From Massalongia carnosa (taxonomy: Eukaryota), in assembly GCA_965645245.1 (NCBI GenBank), contig OZ287073.1:1798001-1862000 (forward strand): 64,000 nucleotides of DNA, read 5' to 3'. The notes under the pieces are model-generated. The model searched no databases. It saw only the letters and a program-made list of their open reading frames with translations, and was not told the origin of the DNA. Position numbers and translations under genes: made by a program. Positions 1 through 12,455 of the stretch are shown here, in pieces (position 1 is the first letter of the stretch; every line of letters starts with the position of its first letter).

Positions 1-191
1 TAACTGAGAGAATGGGTGGAAAATCCTTTCTAGGCAAGCAATCATCACCTCAATTCCAAGTGTCAATTCCAAGTGTCAATTCCAAGTGTCAATTCCAAGT
101 GTCAATTCCAAGTGTCAATATCAAGTGTCTATCTAAAACGTAAATCATTCTCCAATCACCAAGAGCTTAGATCAATAAATCAAGCTCAATA
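1..191 (+). repeat. Copia-A 5' LTR (partial) with a 13-bp tandem repeat CAATTCCAAGTGT
   Basis: Matches 5006-5183; followed by GTTATGAGCCC. Confidence 0.9.
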
Positions 192-323
192 GTTATGAGC
201 CCGGAAGCACATCCATCGTTTTAGAAGAAAGTACCAACCTGCATTTTGCAACTTGCATCTTACCTTGTAAGTTTACATCATCTTGCATCAAATAACCATC
301 AAGTCATCAAATCAAAAATCAAC

Positions 324-3300
324 ATGAGTACCACGCGAAAGATAGTCCTAGGCAAGCCAGCCGATTGGGACACCTGGTTTTCCTTCGTCCGATCACGGGC
401 CACAAACAGCGGAATTTGGGACCTAGTGAATCCAGAAATCATTACCAAGCCAATAAGCAACCAATCGCCAACGGAACCGGTGTTCATCTTATCAACAGAC
501 TCCGCAACTTTTGACCCAAGAGCCTACGAAGTATACAAGGCACAAACCCACATCTACAAAATTCAGCTAGCCAAGTACGAAAAGCAGCAAAAGGCATTTG
601 CCGACCTTATTACCTTCATTCAAGATACCATCACAGTCCAAAATGCCACCTACATTCAGAAAGAAGAGCCTCACCCATGGAACCAGCTTCGAGCACTGAA
701 AACCCGCTTAGCACCAAGCGACTCAGCACGCTGCATAGAGATCGAGACCAAATATCACAGGTTATGCAAGGGATCAGGCAAGCAGGATATAGAAACGTGG
801 TTAGAAGAATGGCAAACAGTCTACACCGATGGCAAGGCATATGGAGTTGGTGAAATGATGGGAACACGACCTATTCGTGATTTTATAATGGCCGTTCTTC
901 CCACCGAACCTTCATTTGCCAACGCTCATCTGATTACTTTGGACAGCAAGGAAGAGAAAGATTTCCACCCGCTAATTGAGAGCTTTCGTAAATATGTTCG
1001 CCTGCATCAAACGCAAAAAAATAAGAATAATAACACGCATTCAGCTTTTGCAACCGAGAAAAAGAAGGAAGGACAGGGAGCGACATTTAATGGGCAAAAA
1101 ACGCCTCCCAAATGTCTTTGTGGGTCCGTTCATTGGTACAATGACTGTTACTATCTAGTACCAGAGAAGCGGCCCTCAAATTGGACTTCCAGACCCCAAA
1201 TTCAAACGCAGATTGATGAAGCAATGAAAGACCAGCAGTTAAAAGCTAAGGTGGAAAAATCCCTTCAGCGATCAAAGGAAATACAACAATCCAAAGCCAC
1301 TAAAACCACTAATACCAACACCAACACTACTGAGAAGGAGTTAGGCGCTTTTACATCTACTAAAACATCGTCATCATTCTCGGCAGATAGCTACACAATC
1401 AAGAGCTCATGGATATTGGATAACGGGTCTAATATCCATGTGTGCAACAACACCATGAAATCGCGCTACACACAGGAAAGGAAATCAATGGGAGAGTATC
1501 TTACTGCGGGCACCCAACGCCTAGCAATAGAAAGCTATGGTACGGTCAAAATCACCGTATCAACTCCTACCGGACCTCAAAGCATCACACTTCTAAATGT
1601 AGCCTATGTATCCAACTTCATGACCAACCTAGTTTCTCAGGACTTGCTCTATGTGAAAGGCCTTTACTTTGATAATTGGAAGAATCACCTCCATCGGGAA
1701 GGGAAGACGGTTGCTTATGTAAAGCGTTATAACGGCCATTATTTGCTAGAGGACAACACATCATCAGATCAAGCATCAGCTTTCCTAGTGCAACAGAAAC
1801 CAAAGATAGCTATCAATAAAACCGCAACAGCATACGAATGGCATCAGATGCTAGCCCATGCCTCGGATGAATCTATTCAACATCTCGAGTCATCTACTAG
1901 GGGAGTCAAAATATCAAAAGAATCAGAAGGAAAAGTCCCCAAAACCAACGAGTGCGAACCTTGCGCATTATCCAAAGCACATCGCATTGTTTCTCGTTCA
2001 TCAGAAAACGCAGAAACATCAAATGAGCCCTTTTATCGCATCACTTATGATTTAATGCAGCTCAACACCGCGATGAATAAAGATGAATGGGTTTCACACT
2101 TTGCATGCCATGCGACCGATTTCAATATGGTATTTACCCACCCACGCAAAGGGGATGCATCGAAAATATGCAAGGAGGCAATCAATCTTATTGAGACTCG
2201 CTTCAAGGCTAAGGTAGTGTTTATTCGGTCAGATGGAGAACGGTCATTGGGCAATAATTTCAACGACTTGCTTGTTGAAAAGGGCATCACCTATGAATCA
2301 TCAACACCCGACACACCGGAGCAAAACGGCCACTCTGAGAGAAAAGGGGGAATTTTAACCATGAAAGCAAGGGCAATGAGAATTGACGCGGGACTGCCAA
2401 TTTTCCTATGGCCGGAGATCGTGCGCACCGCAGGATATATAGCTAATCGCACACCAATGAAGAAGCACCAATGGAAAACACCTTATGAGCTAGTCATAGG
2501 AAACCCGCCCGATCTCAGCCATCTCCACCACTATGGATGCAAAGCGTACACACTAAACAAGCAGATACCAAAGAAGCAAAAACTTCAAGAACGAGCACAT
2601 ATCGGTCATCTAGTAGGGTATGAAGCCAGAAATATCTTTCGAGTATGGATACCAAGTCAAAGAAAAGTAATTCGTACGAGGGATGTGATGTTTAATGAGA
2701 ACACCTACTATGATGCACACGATATTGACCTACTACAAGCTGTCAACGAACCTATGCTTGAAATTACCTATGAGCTTCATGATCTGGATCCCATCACCCT
2801 TATCACCGAAATAGGATCGGATGATGAAGAGGAGGAAAGTGGAATCGGCATGAGGGAAAACATACAAGGCATGGAAGAAAATATGGAGGAAATAATTCTG
2901 GACAAAAATTCTGGATACGGAAATGCTGCCGAAATTTCATCAGACGACACTTACCTATTAACACCGAGCCCCTCCATTACCAACTCATCAAGCCCAAACC
3001 CATCAATTCATGGTTCAAATCCATCAGAATCAATCACCGCAAAGAGTAACAAGTCTAGAAAGCATCAAGGGATATCAATTCAAGTCTCGATACGGATAAT
3101 ATCTTACCTGAGGGGATGGGAAGAAGTCACAATCGCAATAGACGCTATGAAGCCTATTCAACCGCCTTAGCACAAGCCAAGAATGGCGAGTTGAATTCAT
3201 ATCACGCTGCATTTTCGGCCAATATCATGGCAAGTTCCTACTACATCTCCAATCAAGAGCCTAAAAAGGACTATACTCCGACTCAAAGCACTCGCTTTCA

Positions 3301-4953
3301 TAGAGATAGCTTACCTATTGAACCTGAAAACTATCGTCAAATGCTAAAGCATCCGCATGCAGAGGGCTTCAAATTAGCCATGCAGATGGAAATTCAGGCG
3401 CTTGTTGCAAAGAACACCTGGACCGAGGTCAACATCAATGCAGCAACAATAGCAGGGAAAACACCTATTCCAACCATGTGGGTGTTCAAGTACAAACTCG
3501 ATGAAAAGGGTTATTTAGTCAAATACAAATCAAGACTATGTGCTAGGGGTGATCTTCAACGTACCGAGCAAGATACCTTTGCAGCCACCTTGGCCGCACG
3601 GATTTTTAGAGCGCTAATGGCTATACTAGCCGCATTTGACCTTGAAACACGCCAATACGACGCAGTCAATGCATTTGCAAATAGTCCTATTGATGAACCT
3701 ACCTATTGTAAATTGCCTGAGGGGTGGCCTGGATCAGAAAAAGTCAATATTCTACTACTCCTATTGCGAGCACTATACGGTCTCAAGCAATCACCGGCCC
3801 TATGGTATCAAAAGTCCTAATCGAGATGAATCTTGAACCCGTCCCGGGGGTGGACTGCCTTTTCATTAGTCAAGATACACATATCTTGCTATTCTTCTTC
3901 GTGGATGATATCGTCATATTATATGATCGCCGCTATACCAATCAAGTGGATCAGTTTCAAGCTCTACTATTTCAGAAGTACGAAATGCGATACTTAGGTC
4001 AATTGGAATGGTTTCTAGGAATTCACATCATCAGGGATAGGAATATTCGTCAGCTATGGCTATGCCAAGATTCATACATTGACAAGCTAATAGCCAAGTT
4101 CAACATCAACTTGGACCTCACCAAGCGTTCAACACAATCACCACTACCACTAGAAGAATTAACCAAAAATAATTCTATGGCAACAGCTCAAGAAATTCAC
4201 TCCTATCAACAGCGGGTAGGATCATTGAATTTTGCCGCAGTCATCACTAGGCCCGATGTGGCCCAAGCAGCTTCCAAATTATCGGAATTTCTTACCAACC
4301 CATCCAAACACCATATGGATTGCGTCAACCGTACCCTCAAATATCTAGCCCATACTAAGCATCTAGCAATTGTGTTCAACACACAGGCTACTTATTCACG
4401 AGAGATATTCTTGGCCAGTAGCGATGCATCCTTCGCAGATGATTCAAGCACTAGATATAGCTCTCAAGGCTATGCATTCAAACTATTCAATGGAATGATC
4501 GATTGGAAGGCCTCTAAGTAGCGCACAGTCACAACTAGCTCAACCGAGGCCGAATTGCTAGCCATATCAGCCGCAGGGAAAGAATTGATATGGTGGACTC
4601 GCTTTTTTCAATCAATAAATTTCCACCTCGATCATCCAACTAGTATTCAATGCGATAACCGTCAAACCATTCGAGCCCTAACCACTAACCGCCTTATTAC
4701 CAAGCTTAGGCATGTGGATATTCACAAGCATTGGCTCCGCCAGGAAATATCTAGGGGGAAAATCGGTATAGAATGGGTTTCAACAAATAACATTCTAGCT
4801 GATGGACTAACAAAGTCATTACCCCCCCAACGTCAAAAGCAATTCATCAGGCTATTAGGCCTAGGATATGAGAAAGGAAATTATGAAGATTCCACTGAAG
4901 GAGAAAATCTTCATCAAGTGGATGTGTCAGCCAATTTAGTGGTCAAGCAGTAA
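324..4953 (+). pseudogene. Copia-A gag-pol, broken by frameshifts (~3050, ~3815) and a TAG stop (4519-4521)
   Basis: Motifs WILDNGS (protease), WHQMLAH, RSDGE and TPEQNGHSER (integrase), RALYGLKQS and FVDD (RT), SDASFA and ADGLTK (RNase H), split across ORFs 246-3170, 3116-3820, 3724-4521 and 4555-4953. Confidence 0.92.
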
Positions 4954-5183
4954 GCGATATGTAGCTCGGATACGGTAATCTATTAACCGAATCCCAACAT
5001 TCTAGTAACTGAGAGAATGGGTGGAAAATCCTTTCTAGGCAAGCAATCATCACCTCAATTCCAAGTGTCAATTCCAAGTGTCAATTCCAAGTGTCAATTC
5101 CAAGTGTCAATATCAAGTGTCTATCTAAAACGTAAATCATTCTCCAATCACCAAGAGCTTAGATCAATAAATCAAGCTCAATA
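4925..5183 (+). repeat. Copia-A 3' LTR (5' boundary approximate)
   Basis: Same sequence as the window start except one fewer 13-bp unit; TGTCAG start follows a purine-rich tract. Confidence 0.8.
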
Positions 5184-5667
5184 ATTTGATCTGATTCTCG
5201 TACTTGCTCGCTAGTTAGCTTGCATTTGCGGCCTCGTGTCTCGTTCAAATCGTCGATATTGTGACGTCTTCGTGCAGATGCTTCGGGTTGAATAATTGCA
5301 TAGCCTTGACGCTCTGAAACGCCAAATTCTCTGAAAATATCACGTGGATCGAACGGAATTGCTTTCACCTGTAAATAGTGATAATCGCCCTGAATTTTAG
5401 CTCTAGTAGGTGTATCGTAATGAATTGTGCCACGAGTAGGAGGCATGATGCTTGATGAATAGATGAAAAAATGAGGAATAGGGATGAATTTTGATGTGTT
5501 TTGGTGGGGTATTCTCGCTTGCACGTTGCGTTTTTTTTTGACGACCGCGTGAAAGGCTCATCGATTTTTATGTAGACCTCGTCTAAAGTCCAGGAACCGA
5601 AATTCGGAATCTGAAAAAGGATATTTTTCAGATGTAGATCTGACCGAGGCAACTAATTAGTGCTGAG
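5184..5667 (-). mobile_element. 5' part of a Tc1/mariner element (transposase N-terminal HTH, ATG at 5446) interrupted by Copia-A
   Basis: MPPTRGTIHYDTPTRAKIQG...ETRGRKCKLT resembles a Tc1 paired-like N-terminus; the frame runs into the LTR end; putative terminus next to TA 5668-5669. Confidence 0.65.
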
Positions 5668-5769
5668 TAGGTAGAGAGCTTAGCTGCATACCTCCATGAG
5701 TGACACCGCAAGAGCGGATATATGTAAGACCTATCGATGACTTGGTAGTAATAGCTCGCGTAATGTAAA

Positions 5770-5847
5770 GACTTCTCGAGGAAATCTACTTCTTCATCTT
5801 CACCTGTGACGTCAGCAGATACACACATGTGTATACCGGCATCAAGA
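5770..5847 (+). repeat. ~78-bp fragment of Copia integrase sequence (Copia-D family)
   Basis: Near-identical to the reverse complement of ~28261-28338. Confidence 0.85.
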
Positions 5848-5851
5848 AAAA

Positions 5852-6056
5852 CGGTTCACTCACCAGGCATAGATGTCTTCCGTTCGGCATATGCGTGAAA
5901 AATTCATCGAAGAGTTTTGAAACGCTAGTTCGCCCTGGGTGTTGGGGGTCACCCTGGAAAAGATGCCGTAGGATCTTGCCTTCTAAGCCGAAGCGTGCGC
6001 GACGATGATCTTCAATGCGACTTAACGATCATCTCGCCGATCTCTAGCTAGCTATA
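5852..6056 (-). pseudogene. SRPK/Sky1-like protein kinase pseudogene, exon 2
   Basis: After a TTCAG acceptor it reads V*LARD...VALKII...HPGRTSVSKLFDEF...PNGRHLCLVSEP, with stops and a frameshift. Confidence 0.8.
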
Positions 6057-6128
6057 CTGAAGAATATATTATTTATGCGAGGTCAGAAATGTCCGGATAG
6101 GCGAGAATTTTTTTAGTTTTGAAAAGTA

Positions 6129-7465
6129 CAGTCCCGTGCCAAAAGTCTGCGGCCCAAACCGTAATTTTCGTGATTTCGCGTTTTCAACTCATCAATCCCC
6201 CATCTTCCACCTCATCATTTCACCATGCTTCGTGCTTCTTTGACCCCCATAAGTGGTAATCGGCCTCGTAACACTGAATTGACGCCATATCAACGTGGTA
6301 TGATTGTTGGGGCCCAGGCGTTGGGGCACACACCGACCGAGATTAGGAAGACTCTTAATTTCACTAAATCGACCGTGCAGAGCACAATTCAGAAGCACTC
6401 AATTCGCAACGACGGCGTGTCTAAATCACGTTCTGGACGGCCTGAAGTGCTGTCAGAACGCGATCGACGTTATATCATCAAGCATGCACGAATCAATCCA
6501 CGAATCACTTATACACAAATCAAACTAGAAGTGGGGCTCGGCTGCAGTCGTACGACCATTTATCGGGCACTCAAACTGTATGGTTTAACCAACTGGGTGG
6601 CTAAAAAACGACCTTTATTGACGCCTGAGGTGGCCAAGAAACGATTGGATTGGTGCTTGCTGCGGCGTGAGTGGACTTTTGAGCAGTGGTTAAGAGTTAT
6701 ATGGTCAGATGAGTGCTCGGTGGAAAAGGGGTCAGGAAAACAGCGTCAGTGGGTGTTCAGATTGCCGAAAGAAAAATGGAATAAAGAGATGATATAACCT
6801 GTCCCCAAAGGCAAAGGAGTCAGTGTCATGGTCTGGGCAGCTTTTTGGGGAGATGGCAGGTCAGATCTTTACAAATTGGCTCGTGATTTTGCTGCGAAGA
6901 AGATGGGGTACTCGGCGAACTCATATATGGATTTATTGAACGATAATCTGCTTGGAATTTGGCAACCGGGCCTCATTTTCATGCAGGATAACGCATCTAT
7001 ATATAAGGCTAAAAAGGTGATGGAATGGTTCAATGAGAACGGCATAGAGGTCATCGATTGGCCCCCCTATTCACCTGATTTAAATCCTATCGAGCACGTT
7101 TGGTATGTGCTCAAAAAGCTCGTCTATCAAGTCAACCCGAACATAGATTTGGTGATCGGCAGTGATGAAACTGTTCGTGAGGTACTTTGGAAAGAGTTAG
7201 AAGAAGCCTGGACGTTGATAGATGTGAAAATGATGAGGAGGTTAATAGAGAGCATGAATAGGAGGCTAAAAGCGTGTATAGCGTCGGAAGGATGGTATAC
7301 TAAATATTAAAAATCAATTTTGGGGTAATTCTTGTTTAGTATGTATGTAATCATTATGTAAAGTTTCAAGACATTTCAGCAATCGTGACGTGGTTGATTG
7401 TTGATTGAATAGAATGATTGAAATGTTAGTGGGGTGCGGGGCCGCAGACTTTTGGCCTAGTACTG
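6129..7465 (+). mobile_element. Tc1-like element (Tc1-B), 1337 bp
   Basis: Imperfect TIRs CAGTCCCGTGCCAAAAGTCTGCGGCCC / GGGCCGCAGACTTTTGGCCTAGTACTG flanked by TA at 6127-6128 and 7466-7467. Confidence 0.92.
6225..7310 (+). pseudogene. Tc1-B transposase with one in-frame TAA (6795-6797)
   Basis: GRP HTH, WSDE, QDNA, SPDLNPIE motifs; ORFs at 6225 and 6828 share a frame. Confidence 0.92.
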
Positions 7466-7489
7466 TAAACAACCACCTTTCAATCCATC

Positions 7490-8592
7490 ATGCCACCACC
7501 AAGTAGCTCTAAACAGCCCAAAACTACGCGCAAAGAAGTGCCCGTCATAATCAGAGCTGAAATGTACGGTATGGGCCTCGCCGGCGCCTCCGTTGGTACT
7601 ATACACGAAAAGTTTCCGCAATGGGGTCGTTCCACCATAGGAGTCACTTTGAAGAAGGCTACAACACGCGACGATCACAAATCGGAAGTTCGATCTGGTC
7701 GGCCCAAAATAACCACAGCACGAGAAGATCGTCATTTGATACGAGCAGCGATTAAATCGGGGTCAAAGGGTCGTCGACAGCCTCTGGGGAGTTGCAAGCT
7801 AACATTATACCCGATGTTTCTCGAACCACCATGAAACGACGTCTTCGAGATCAAAACGTTCGCAAATGGCGCGCAGCTAATCGTAAAATGTTAACGGAAG
7901 CTCATATTGCTGATCGGCTGGGCTGGGCACGTTAATATGAGGATGTTTCGGAGGATGATTGGGCTCAAGTGTGTTGGTCTGATGAGATGTCAGTTTGCAA
8001 ACAGGATGGGAGTGAGAACGTGTGGATTTTTCGACTTCCAAATGAGAAATGGGATCAAGAATGCTTCGAACCAGTCAACAATGGATCGAGAGTCACAAAG
8101 ATGTTCTGGGGCTGCTTTGCAGGCAATGGACGGGGTGGTTTGACCTCGTTGGAGCCCGATCCAGATCGTACGGGAAAGAAAGGTATCACAGGGTTGATTA
8201 TACTCGATGCTTATAAAGAACATCTTCCTACCTTGCTCGATGACGATTCGGGCATTGTTTTCATGCAAGATGGAGCTAAAACACACAAACTTCGAGAGAC
8301 AATGGACTGGTTCAAAGAAAAGAGGTACACGGTCATGGATTAGCCGGCCTACTCCCCCGATTTGAACCCCATCGAGATGGTATGGAAGAAAGTGAAGAAC
8401 ATAGTCTTTAGAAGACACCCCGAATTACGCATTCTGTCAGCAAGTGCCCCCAAAATTCAAGAGGCCATTGTTGATACTGTCTTGGAGGCATGGGACTACA
8501 TAACGGAGGCGTTTTTGGAAAGTTTAATGCGGTCAATGCCTCGTCGAGTGCAAGCAGTCCTGAATGCAAATGAAGGTTATACTAAATATTAG
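7490..8592 (+). pseudogene. Tc1-C transposase with a frameshift (~7790) and a TAG stop (8341-8343)
   Basis: RSGRPK, WSDE, QDGA, (W)PAYSPDLNPIE motifs and a GYTKY C-terminus. Confidence 0.9.
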
Positions 8593-8662
8593 TTATATGT
8601 AAACAAATAATCGCATCATTTTACTGAAACGTTGATTTTGTAACAGCAACAATAAATAATTC

Positions 8663-8949
8663 TGAATATTCAACTCCTACTAGTACAGTGAACACCTACT
8701 AGTTCAATGAACATAGCACCTACGACTGCCCAAGAGGGATAGAGCACCTATAGAAACCGTAGATGCCGTGATAGGCTTAGCCTAGAGATTAGATAAGATT
8801 GGATCAGATAATCTTATCACCTCGCTTAGCAGAGGGTGACCAGTTATGGAACAAAGACTGCTGAACAGCACTCTTCATCCTTAACATCACGGTCATACAT
8901 ACCATTTTTATCATAGCCATATAGCCATAGTCATATACCTATTTCAACA
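8663..8949 (+). repeat. Solo LTR (Copia-D-related family)
   Basis: TG...CA ends; 5-bp TSD AATTC (8658-8662 / 8950-8954); similar to 29612-29883 and to the reverse complement of 26566-26818. Confidence 0.85.
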
Positions 8950-9059
8950 AATTCATACTGCTATGAAATTTGTTTAAATTCGCCTATCCGGACACTAACG
9001 ACCTACCATAATAGCTAGCAATAAACACCTAATAGTTGTAAGCAAACGAAGATACGTGC

Positions 9060-9237
9060 CCGTCGAGTAACTACCAAAACATAACTTGTGAACTATTCTG
9101 TATCTGCCTTCCCACAACTCGTCACCGAGATGTGTTGGATGATAACCTCCATCCACATAGCCTTCTAGATTCTCATCATCATCTAGCCAGTGGTATACAT
9201 CATGCGGCTTTTTCGTGGAAGAGCTGTTCATCCGCAT
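9060..9237 (-). pseudogene. SRPK/Sky1-like protein kinase pseudogene, exon 1
   Basis: ENLEGYVDGGYHPTHLGDELWEGRYRIVHKLCFGSYST is the SRPK-type N-lobe signature; start position uncertain. Confidence 0.82.
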
Positions 9238-12200
9238 AGTAAGCAAATAAGACGAACAGCGATTTTTTGAGAAATAAGGCGTGGAGACTGAAGAGACGCC
9301 CACGAATCTGATGTTTTTAATTGAAGCCCTTTTCGACTGTCTCAACATTGAGATGGTGCTGCAACAGTAACGTTCTGGATAGATCGGTTTTAAATCAGGT
9401 CACATCAAGTATATCGGCTGTTCCCACTGTCGCAAGACGGTGCCATGACGAAGCTATAGGCAGCACTTGAGAGGCTCGGCACATGCACAGAGTAACTACT
9501 GAGCCGCTATGTATTCCTGCTGAACGATCATTCAGACTCGTCTCCGCGTGAATCGAATCTTCAGTAAAATAAAGCTTCGCTTTGTGCAACAGACCTAGGC
9601 CGTTCTTTATTACCTAGAGTCCTAAGTACCTCCGAGTAAAGCCCAATGGATGATGTTCTTCAACTCTTGAAGATAAGACTCGAAAATTCCCCGAGACTTC
9701 GAAAATTGTGATGCGACACGCTCTAAGGAACCGAACCAGAACCTATCGCATGCCCGAAAATCGCCCAGTGAGCCACCATCACATTCTCTCTCAGATATGC
9801 CCGTTCAATGGCGAAGAAATTGTCAAAGATCTTTTTACTATTGCAACATGAACTGCTCGTGTTGTGACGTTTTGAAAGTGAATGATGAAAAATGATAACG
9901 TTCCAGGATTAACGTTGATGTACATATCAAAGTTTGGACTTATGCAATCTTGAATTCTTACGAACGCAGCAAGCTTACTCTGCATCTTACAAAGGCGACA
10001 TGATGTCGCACATGAAAGAGATATGTCGTTATTTACAGATTCTAGAAATGCTAGCAAAGCTGGTAAGTGAAAGACACCCATCCCCATAATCAAATACTAA
10101 TCCTATTGAGCGGTTTGGCTCATTGACTCGCGAATTACGTTATGTATTGCTCTCCTCTATCCATGCATCCCGACTTTCGTCATCTGTTCTTCAAACGAAA
10201 ATCAACTCTAGATAAAATATCGCGCAACTTTCGTTATCCTGAACACAAAACCAGCTACCTTCCGCTCTCAACTCTCGGCTAACCGAATTTTGGTGCTCTA
10301 CGTTGGTAGGGCATGGAGGCGGGTCATTCAATGGGTGGCATCAAAAACCCGCCCTGGTAACCCTCAGAAATTATCACGGTTCTCACGCAGCAGCCGTTGC
10401 TATCTGTGAGAAGAAATGCAGAAGTTTAGTTAGCGTGGGATGTGGGCCCCTTTTCATTCTTCGCGTGTCCCATGGAAGTAACTTGAGAACAGAGAAAGCG
10501 TAAGAAAAGCGAACGAGAGGAGACTGGAGGCAGCACACGAGCAAGGCGACCTAGATAGGATTGCAATGATTGACATGAACTTGGAAACACATTTGCTCAA
10601 GTTTGTCTCTTTCTGACACTTTTCCTTTGTTAACGGCATTGAAGTGAAACACGCGAACTTGGGGCATTCGTCGGGTTCGAGGTCGGGACAAGACACGAAG
10701 AGTCGGAAATCTTCATTTTTAATCATAGTACGCTCAATGCAGCTCTTTGTTGGCGTATCTAAGCGAATGGTCAATCAACTGATCATAATGTCCATGAATA
10801 AATGTACGACGAGTCGAGTGGGAAGGAGATATGGATTTGCTCACAGTAGCAGAGCTAGGTCGTCTGCCACTCTTTAATTAAAGGGATGCTACTGCCATTT
10901 TAGAGGAGGAGGCAGAGCGCTCCCACGGTGAGAGTGGAAAAGGCACGTATTGTTATGATTTTTCCAACAACATACAGGTGATAGAAATCGAAAACAATAT
11001 GTTGCAAGGTGAAGATATCTCCGGATGAAAATAGCACGAAAAAGGGAAGCTGTTCCAGAATGGGAGACTTCTGGAGAGGAAATTGATGACGCTTTAGGTA
11101 CCCATCTTGCCAAGATTGTCGCGAAGATCGACTGTGCGTATATGCACTAATAGAGCACTACCTAACTTGGCTTCAAGGAATGGGATCTAGTTTCTTCAAT
11201 CCAGAACAGCACGTTTCGTCCCCTCCTCCCCCCTTTAAGTAACATGAACCACCTCGTAATCGCGTCCGGATTAGGGGTATCGGAGAAACCAACGCAAATG
11301 GCGGAAACATTCGGTCGTCAATTTTTGCTGTATTCCGCAGCGACCCGGCCCTACGACATCATCCAGTTATGTCTGGGACTGATTATTCTTCTGGGAGTAT
11401 GAGGTACTGTACATCAACTCCTCACTCTGGTCATCCACGCCTTGGGTTGTAGCTTTAGACGGATGTAAATGCATGTGAGTACATTCAAGTCATCCGAGTC
11501 GACATCCTAGGTTGCATAACCTCTTCATGTAACTATTGGCCCCAGCTTGATATATATTCTACTCGAGTTCAGCCCCTTTTGCACCAGCGCTAAAACTAAA
11601 AAGATTCGTGAAAAAAGAAAATCTTTGTATAATTGTCTCAAACTTTTAATATTATTAATCCACATAGTTGTAAACGTAACTACTAGTATCTTGAAAATCA
11701 AAATTTTCTTTGTTATCATAATCATTGTCGCAACTGATTTTTGATTTTGTGATTGTTGAACCATCAAGCTAATCGACGATGTCGTTGTCGTTAACAGATC
11801 TCCCTCCGTTAATCGACGAAAACTCGGATTGGATCCTAATCCGGGGCAAAGATTACCATTCATGCCATATCCTTGCCGCCTAAGTCCTCTCTACTACCGC
11901 CAGGCCCTCAAGCGTTCATATGCTTCTGGCACAAATTCGTGAATGGCTTCAAGTTTGAGATCTTCTTTGGGCTCGTGGTCGCTTTTTTAGCAGTAGAGAT
12001 GGAAACAGGCCATGATGGAAGCTGGGATATAACTGGAAGATTTGTAAGATCTGACTGCTAGAACTATGACTGCAATAGGTGGAATTGTAGCACGGGGCAA
12101 TTGATATAACTATTTCGATCAAACGAATCTACGAATGCAAAGGAACTCAGAGAAAAAATTGGCCATCTGACACTACGTAAGGTAAAACTGCAGGTACTTG

Positions 12201-12455
12201 TGCCTGTTCTCTAGCCATTCAAAAGCCTCCATTCTAATCTCGTCGGTCGCCGCTCCCGATGCAAATTTCTGATTCCATGTAGTATTGCCATAGATATGGA
12301 CTTGTCTAGCCTTGGTAGATGCGAGTGCTTTGTCAGCTGGTTTCGGCATTTAACATCAGTTGCTCGTTAAAGACTGGCAAAGAAGTATAACGTGCAAGAA
12401 GCCTCCTTCTTGTTCTATCCGCCGTTCACGTCAAACCTCCCTGCTCATGTTACTT

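Larger units (their letters stand above)
1..5183 (+). mobile_element. Ty1/Copia LTR retrotransposon (Copia-A), decayed; 5' LTR cut by the window edge
   Basis: Direct repeat 1-191 / ~5006-5183; PBS-like (G)GTTATGAGCCC after the 5' LTR; domain order gag-PR-INT-RT-RH. Confidence 0.95.
6090..8994 (+). mobile_element. Tc1-like element (Tc1-C), host of Tc1-B and a solo LTR
   Basis: 15-bp inverted repeat TGTCCGGATAGGCGA at 6090-6104 / 8980-8994 enclosing a DDE transposase. Confidence 0.75.

Noticed and set aside
9350..12400. Short ORFs and possible gene relics
   Set aside because: No recognisable motif or consistent exon structure by eye; degenerate genes cannot be excluded without a search
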